Assembly (NCBI GenBank): GCA_964016885.1
Contig: OZ024742.1
Location: 124,868,001 to 124,932,000 of the forward strand
DNA from: Eledone cirrhosa
Taxonomy: Eukaryota
Length of the DNA: 64,000 nt
Direction of reading: 5' to 3'
Shown: piece after piece, positions 57,913 to 64,000 of the stretch
How positions within the stretch are numbered: the first letter of the stretch is position 1
Layout of the letters: each line of letters begins with the position of its first letter
The notes under the pieces: generated by a model
Databases searched by the model: none
Told to the model about the DNA's origin: nothing
The model's input: the letters and a program-made list of their open reading frames with translations, nothing else
Translations under genes and position numbers: made by a program

Positions 57913-58252
57913 AGGCGCGTGGCTAAGTGTTTAGAGCGTCGAATTCATAACCATGATGTTGAGAATCAGATTCCCGGACGGGAGATGCGTAGTGTTCTTG
58001 AGCATCGCATGTAATGCTGCTCTAGTTTACTCAGCTATAGAAATGAGTTGCAACGTGACAGTCGCCAAGTTGTGTCACTCTTTTCCCTTTTTCTTAGACC
58101 ACATTGGTCCCGTGGAGAGGGGAGACCGGTATGAACGGCCACTGCTGGTCTTCCACAAAAACACCTTACACTGACTTTGTATCTCAGAGGGAAACTTTTT
58201 AGGTGCAAATCCCAGAGTCATTCGTGACGGAAGGAGTTATTTACATTGTTAC
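57913..58252 (+). mobile_element. tRNA-derived CORE-like SINE
   Basis: A-box-like ggcgcgtggctaagtgtttag, B-box-like agattccc, CORE-like gtgttcttgagca. Confidence 0.7.
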
Positions 58253-59547
58253 CCTTTATATTCAGGAAACCAAATACTACTAGAGATAATTTGATATGTT
58301 ATGCCTAAGGTCAGTGAAAAACAGAATCACGGATATATTCTCTTCTTCAGGTTAAACTAACCTTCCTTTTTTCCTGAACAGTTAGCAGCCATAATCTAGC
58401 AATAGCATCCACTACATTTTCCATCGGAGAATATGGTTTCCATTTTGATTCTTTTAAAGACTTTATGGCCTCGCTAGAAATAATCGTTAGAACGTGAATA
58501 TATATTCGCTGCTTTTTGAATAGGAACCCCATATTTGATAAAGACGAAGGGGAGTAAAAAGTAATTTTTCTCAGATTTAGTTCAATCCCTTTCTTTCAAT
58601 TTCAAACTTGCAATGGTCTACTTTCATTTTCTTTCTTCCGTTTTCGAAAAAATACGTGTCACATGCGTACCCAGGGGAATTTGTTTTTCTTCCTTCCATC
58701 CGATGATAGAAATCATTAAAATTGTCACCAACCTTTACACTATCAGTTACAGGCATTGATGAGGCTTTATTGGCATGGATCTGAGTTCATTGAAGTCAGA
58801 TATATCCTTCTTTAAGTATGGCATTGTGCCATATTGTTTTTACTATCACGTCGTTGATACGAGTCTCAGCATTAGTACTTGACTGCATTTTAATATAACT
58901 TCGGTTATTTTCCTTCTGACGATTCCTTAACTGTCCTATCGATTTGATGTCGATCATTAAATATTCTTCAGTAACACATTTATTATGGTGTAGTCAGTGA
59001 GGAAGGTAAGTTTTTGCAGAGGCTTAAAGATTAGGAGAAAGATAGGTAAATCCTCGTGTCTTCAAACAGGAAATATAGTATGAATGATTCAGATATATTT
59101 AACTTCACCAAAGGTATCCAATGAACAGATGGTTTTGATCTATTTGGCAAAATATTAAGCCTATCGCCTTGATGTTCAAACTATTGCAAAAGTTTCTTGT
59201 TTGCTAATTGTAACTATGCAACATATATTTTCTATTTGCAAGCTGGAAAATAATAATAAAATAAAATAAAATGAAAGATAAAATAAAATTATAGCAAATA
59301 ACAGGAGTCAACTTCTTTAAATATTCTATATCTTAGATATAAACTATCTTGATTTTGCACAGGTTATACTTTGTTTTAGCTTGAAATCAGAAAATATGTT
59401 GCTATGTCAACAGACTATCAAATAATACTAATAATGTACGTCTATTTACATATGCTGTCGTACTATCTAACGAGGTCTAACTTAATAAATGTCAAAAGCG
59501 TCCATAACTTCGAATATTACATCAGTGTAAGTAGAAGATCTATTTTG

Positions 59548-59614
<67 letters not shown>

Positions 59615-62204
59615 TCACATATGCAAAGAACCACACATACACTTTGTTGGCCATACACAGAGGAGTCACATGTAAATAGATGCATAACCTCTTAGATACA
59701 TGCTTACGTTTACACACTCACTTACACACATATCTATATATGGTTTACCATGATTTAGAAGCCTGTACAATGTGGCAAATGTACGTGGCCTATTGTTTTG
59801 GGGATCAGTTTTATAACTTTGTCGGTTGAATCTCTGGGCCGGGTATCAAACTTTCTTCTTTTCACATTTATTTATTTGATAAGACTAGGTATACTACCAT
59901 TAAAACACCTGAACACCTTCGTATGAAATGCACTGTCGTAATAAGCCATATGAAACTGCATAGCTGTGAGTAGCAAATTTACTGTTCATTTCATTTCCCT
60001 GCTCCAAGCAGCCGGGAAATGTCGGTTGGAACCGATGCAGTCGAGGGATACCTTGACATTCGGCAGAAGGCAGCGGGCAAAGATCGTTGTACGTGAACAC
60101 TAGCAGTGGATGCCCGGTAGAACGAACGGTCGATCATCATTTGGTCAACATCCTTCATCTTCTCTTCACTAACGAATGCTAAAGATCTTTTTAAATAAAC
60201 CTTTTTCGTGACATTTAAAATGCTAATTAAGTAATGATTCAATTCTCCAATTTCACGCCCTATCCAGCATGCTCGTAGAAATTTTCATTCGATTTTTAAA
60301 GTGATATTGTAAGTATATATATTTAAGTTGCCTCTATTCTATTCTTGGATACCATGTTCGATTGTTCTGTTAATTATCAAAGTCTAATTTTATTCACATG
60401 ATTGTTCACCTATATTCTATATTAGCTGTTTGCTTAGGAACATGAATGTACTGGCTTCACGCTAATCCATGTATATTTTTCTCAACGTCTTTTTTCGTGA
60501 ATGCTCCCATCTACCTCAATCAGCAATTCTTTACCTTCGCTATATCATAAACTATAAAGTGGATCTACTTGTGTTTATGTCTTCCGCCTTTCCCACACAA
60601 ATACGCACCAAAACACAATCACACAACGTACAAAACACCAATTTACTTTGTGTGCTATATTATGAAGATTGTATGGAACAAAATCGTGTCAATTAATTAG
60701 TAATATGATTGACATGAATATATACAGTGTTTGTTGTATAGATGTGATATAGTTGAATGGCTGGTTTGCAAGTTCACATTTCCTGCTGGTGTAATGGCAG
60801 GACTGGTTATATATAGTGTATCTGTTTTACATTTCACTTAATGAATAAGAGCTTTGTTGGTTAAATAGGTATCAAATCTACCTATCACTCTTTCTCAGAA
60901 TATTCCAGACCGAAAGAAAATAAAAGGTAATCGTCTGTTTGGCATATCATCACCACCCTCTGGCCTAAAGATCTTCTCACTCTTTCTCTGGCTTTTCTAA
61001 CCACTATTACAATGTCCACTATTCCTCCGACAATGCTAACCTCATGCACCCTCCACACTCACAACAGAACCTCCCTCCTTTTTCCACCTCCTTCTACTTT
61101 CATCAACCTTATTGTGCCCATTCCCTAGGCCTCACGCAAACCAACATATGCAATCATACTGACCCCAAGCGTATCCCTTTTCTATTCCGCACATATGCAT
61201 TGCATCAGTTGACGTGAATATCAACAGCGCCAATCTTATTAATCGCGCAAATAGACTGGCCATAGGCCCTTCTTCCAGACCCAGCAAATAAAAAAGGGAA
61301 TGTCAGTAATTGTATAGATAAAACATCTCGTCGTACTTTGTTGAAAGAGCAACAGACTTTTCAGAGTTGATTACAGCTTTCGCTCATATACATAGGTGAA
61401 ATATATAGATAAAATATAGGTGAAATATGGATAATCAACAACTTACCTTTAACTATGACAAGATTGATGTTTATTCGGAAAGCTGTACAAAAGAATGATT
61501 TACCTATTTTTTCTCTTAAATAATTGCTAAGCACTTTCTATAAAATAATGAATGTATGCAACATTCGAATCATTAATGTTAAATGAAAGTGTCATATATT
61601 GTTAACATAGAATTTCTTAGAAAAGGCTGCTTTAAAAGATTAAATTTACTCATCTACCAACATAGTCTATACACTTTTTGACTTTAGACTAAATCCATAT
61701 AGAACTATCTTCCGCAATTGGACCAAATGTTTCGATTAATTACCAGCTCCCCTAAGACAAGTAGAACAGATAAATTTAAGCAAGCTGTCATTTAATATTG
61801 CATTCGGTTAAGCGCAGATTTTATACACTTACATCTACTAAATGACAGATTCTAAATACATATTTATTTCACATGCTATCCACTGCCATCGTGCCGGCTA
61901 CAAAACCAGACTTTTTCCTTAAGCACAAACATTCAATTTTCTGTGAAATTAATTATTAATTTCTTCAAACTATTCACGTGTTCGTTACAAGCTGGTAATA
62001 ATTACCACTGAGATGTTTCTGAATTATTTCCTCTGAGAGCCAAATTTCAATTCTCTTTTTTGCGTAACCACATGAAGTATATATATATATATATATATAT
62101 ATAAAGGATCGATCGACTTTCGTCAAATCGGACCGAGGAAACAATGTTTCCGTTGGTCTTTCCAGTTGCTAGTACTATCTATCCGTCGCAACTCCAGGTA
62201 GAAG

Positions 62205-62312
62205 GAGCAACGTGAAATAAAGTGTCTTGCTCAAGGACATAACGCATCGCCCCGTCCAGGAATCGAACTCACAACCTCAAGATTGTGACTCCAATTCTCT
62301 AACCATTAAGCC
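62205..62312 (-). mobile_element. CORE-like SINE head
   Basis: aagtgtcttgctcaaggaca...ggaatcgaactc...ctaaccattaagcca. Confidence 0.75.
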
Positions 62313-62373
62313 ATATATATATATATATGTATATGTATATATATATATGTATATGTATATATATGTATATGTG

Positions 62374-62594
<221 letters not shown>

Positions 62595-62626
62595 AGATCA
62601 AAGGATGGTTAAAGGAGTTCAATATA

Positions 62627-62693
62627 TTTTATTATGCGCATTTCAAAAACAAACATCATCAAACAATAATATTTGTGTTTTCATCAGATAAAA
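62627..62693 (-). ncRNA. Hammerhead ribozyme (mirror copy)
   Basis: Exact reverse complement of 62818-62884. Confidence 0.8.
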
Positions 62694-62817
62694 CAGGAGA
62701 ACATGATATGAAGGCTAAAAAAACACTTGTTGATAGTGCAGTTTTAAATCAACATATGTTGATTTAAAACTGCACTATCAACAAGTGTTTTTTTAGCCTT
62801 CATATCATGTTCTCCTG

Positions 62818-62884
62818 TTTTATCTGATGAAAACACAAATATTATTGTTTGATGATGTTTGTTTTTGAAATGCGCATAATAAAA
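62818..62884 (+). ncRNA. Hammerhead ribozyme, intact
   Basis: ttttat CTGATGA aaacacaaat...gtttgttttt GAAA TGCGCA TA ataaaa; 6-bp stem I; palindromic stem III; AUA triplet. Confidence 0.82.
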
Positions 62885-63007
62885 TATATTGAACTCCTTT
62901 AACCATCTTTTGATCTTATATTATGCATACTCCAGTCCCACAAACTGTAGAGTGCTTCTTATCCGATATCTGCATTGCTTTATTGTACTACAATAAAACT
63001 CACCTCC

Positions 63008-63165
<158 letters not shown>

Positions 63166-63169
63166 ATAG

Positions 63170-63620
63170 CAGGGGGCTGGACTGGTGTAATTCCTTAAAA
63201 GGTTTATTATACTATGGTCATTTCAGTGACCGGGTTCAGCATGAATCCGGTGACATAGAAATTTAACGCAGGAATATAATAGACAAAATCTATGGGGCGG
63301 AAAAGCAGAGCCAAGAGGATGGCCTAATATTTAGCAGCTTCTAGTCCGGTCAGCCGCCCTCAAGTGATGATTATTAAGTCTTCTTATGTCCTTCTGGTGA
63401 AGGGGCGTAGGCTTATAATGTACTACTACCACCTCGTTATAGACAGAGGTCAACGGTGAGATCAGGTTACATTCAAGCTGGTCAGAAGTGCTAGGAAGTG
63501 CCACGAAAAATATTTTTTTCAAAAAACATATATCTTTAACAAAGCTATATATAGTGGGAATCTGCACAATATATTCTAGGCCCAGAAATTACGATTAACA
63601 ATTAGAAACGTTAAATTTAC
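63170..63620 (-). mobile_element. PLE-like 3' end family, copy 2 (see 41995-42455)
   Basis: ggctggact.gtgtaa.tcctt.aaaggtttattatactatg... is shared with 42.0 kb. Confidence 0.7.
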
Positions 63621-64000
63621 GTTCCGAGTATTTTCGTCTAGCGAAAGAAAGGGAAATTTATTTTTCTCCAGGAATGTTAACTGTCTCAAGCGCCGGGGAT
63701 GCTAGCGGGAAGTCCGCCACCGTCGGCTGGCTATCGTATATACCAAACGATTAATAGTTATTCATACTGGTGGGGTGTTTAGTTAAAGGTTAGTAGAAGA
63801 AGGCATGATAACATTTAAAGTTATGATTAAGCCTAGAATTTAAAAGTACTGTTTAGCGGTCAAATAAAATTGAAAAAGGGGATAATAACATGGTCAACAG
63901 TACAAAAAAGGGGATTTATTTGCAGTCTAACAATTGTTTCACTGATAAAGTTGTCTAAAAATTGCTGAACACTAAAAGCAGTGCCACTAAATTTTAGTGT

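Noticed and set aside
57913-57990. tRNA gene
   Set aside because: A/B-box-like head without a complete cloverleaf, continuing into a SINE body.
58330-59260. Possible ancient LINE coding remnant on the minus strand
   Set aside because: Only vague motif-like fragments, in no consistent order.

Overview
Eukaryotic, AT-rich and microsatellite-saturated DNA. I infer an octopus or other cephalopod genome from the tRNA-derived SINEs, the CR1 tail and the huge (TA)n/(CA)n tracts. I cannot call any host gene with confidence, and nearly all ORFs in the track are microsatellite or minisatellite artefacts. The window is dominated by Penelope-like retroelements (PLEs; RT + GIY-YIG endonuclease) of at least three types (Naiad-like, Hydra-like, Neptune-like), almost all inserted in (TA)n. 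It also holds a decayed CR1-type LINE, an RTE fragment, a Helitron helicase remnant, a hAT-Charlie MITE, about 8 SINEs and a foldback-like 20-21 bp minisatellite. The main signal outside the ORF track is RNA structure. By eye I find about 20 type I hammerhead ribozyme (HHR) motifs, many with complete stems: dimer-type ones with palindromic stem III, monomer-type ones, ones with very long stem II, and U3-A8 core covariants. Many sit in a recurring architecture: (TA)n - inverted arm - forward arm with HHR - unpaired tail - (TA)n. It ranges from a zero-spacer 338-bp palindrome (62.6-62.9 kb) to a 9-kb foldback with 3.8-kb arms (14.5-23.4 kb). All coordinates and pairings were read manually and are approximate.
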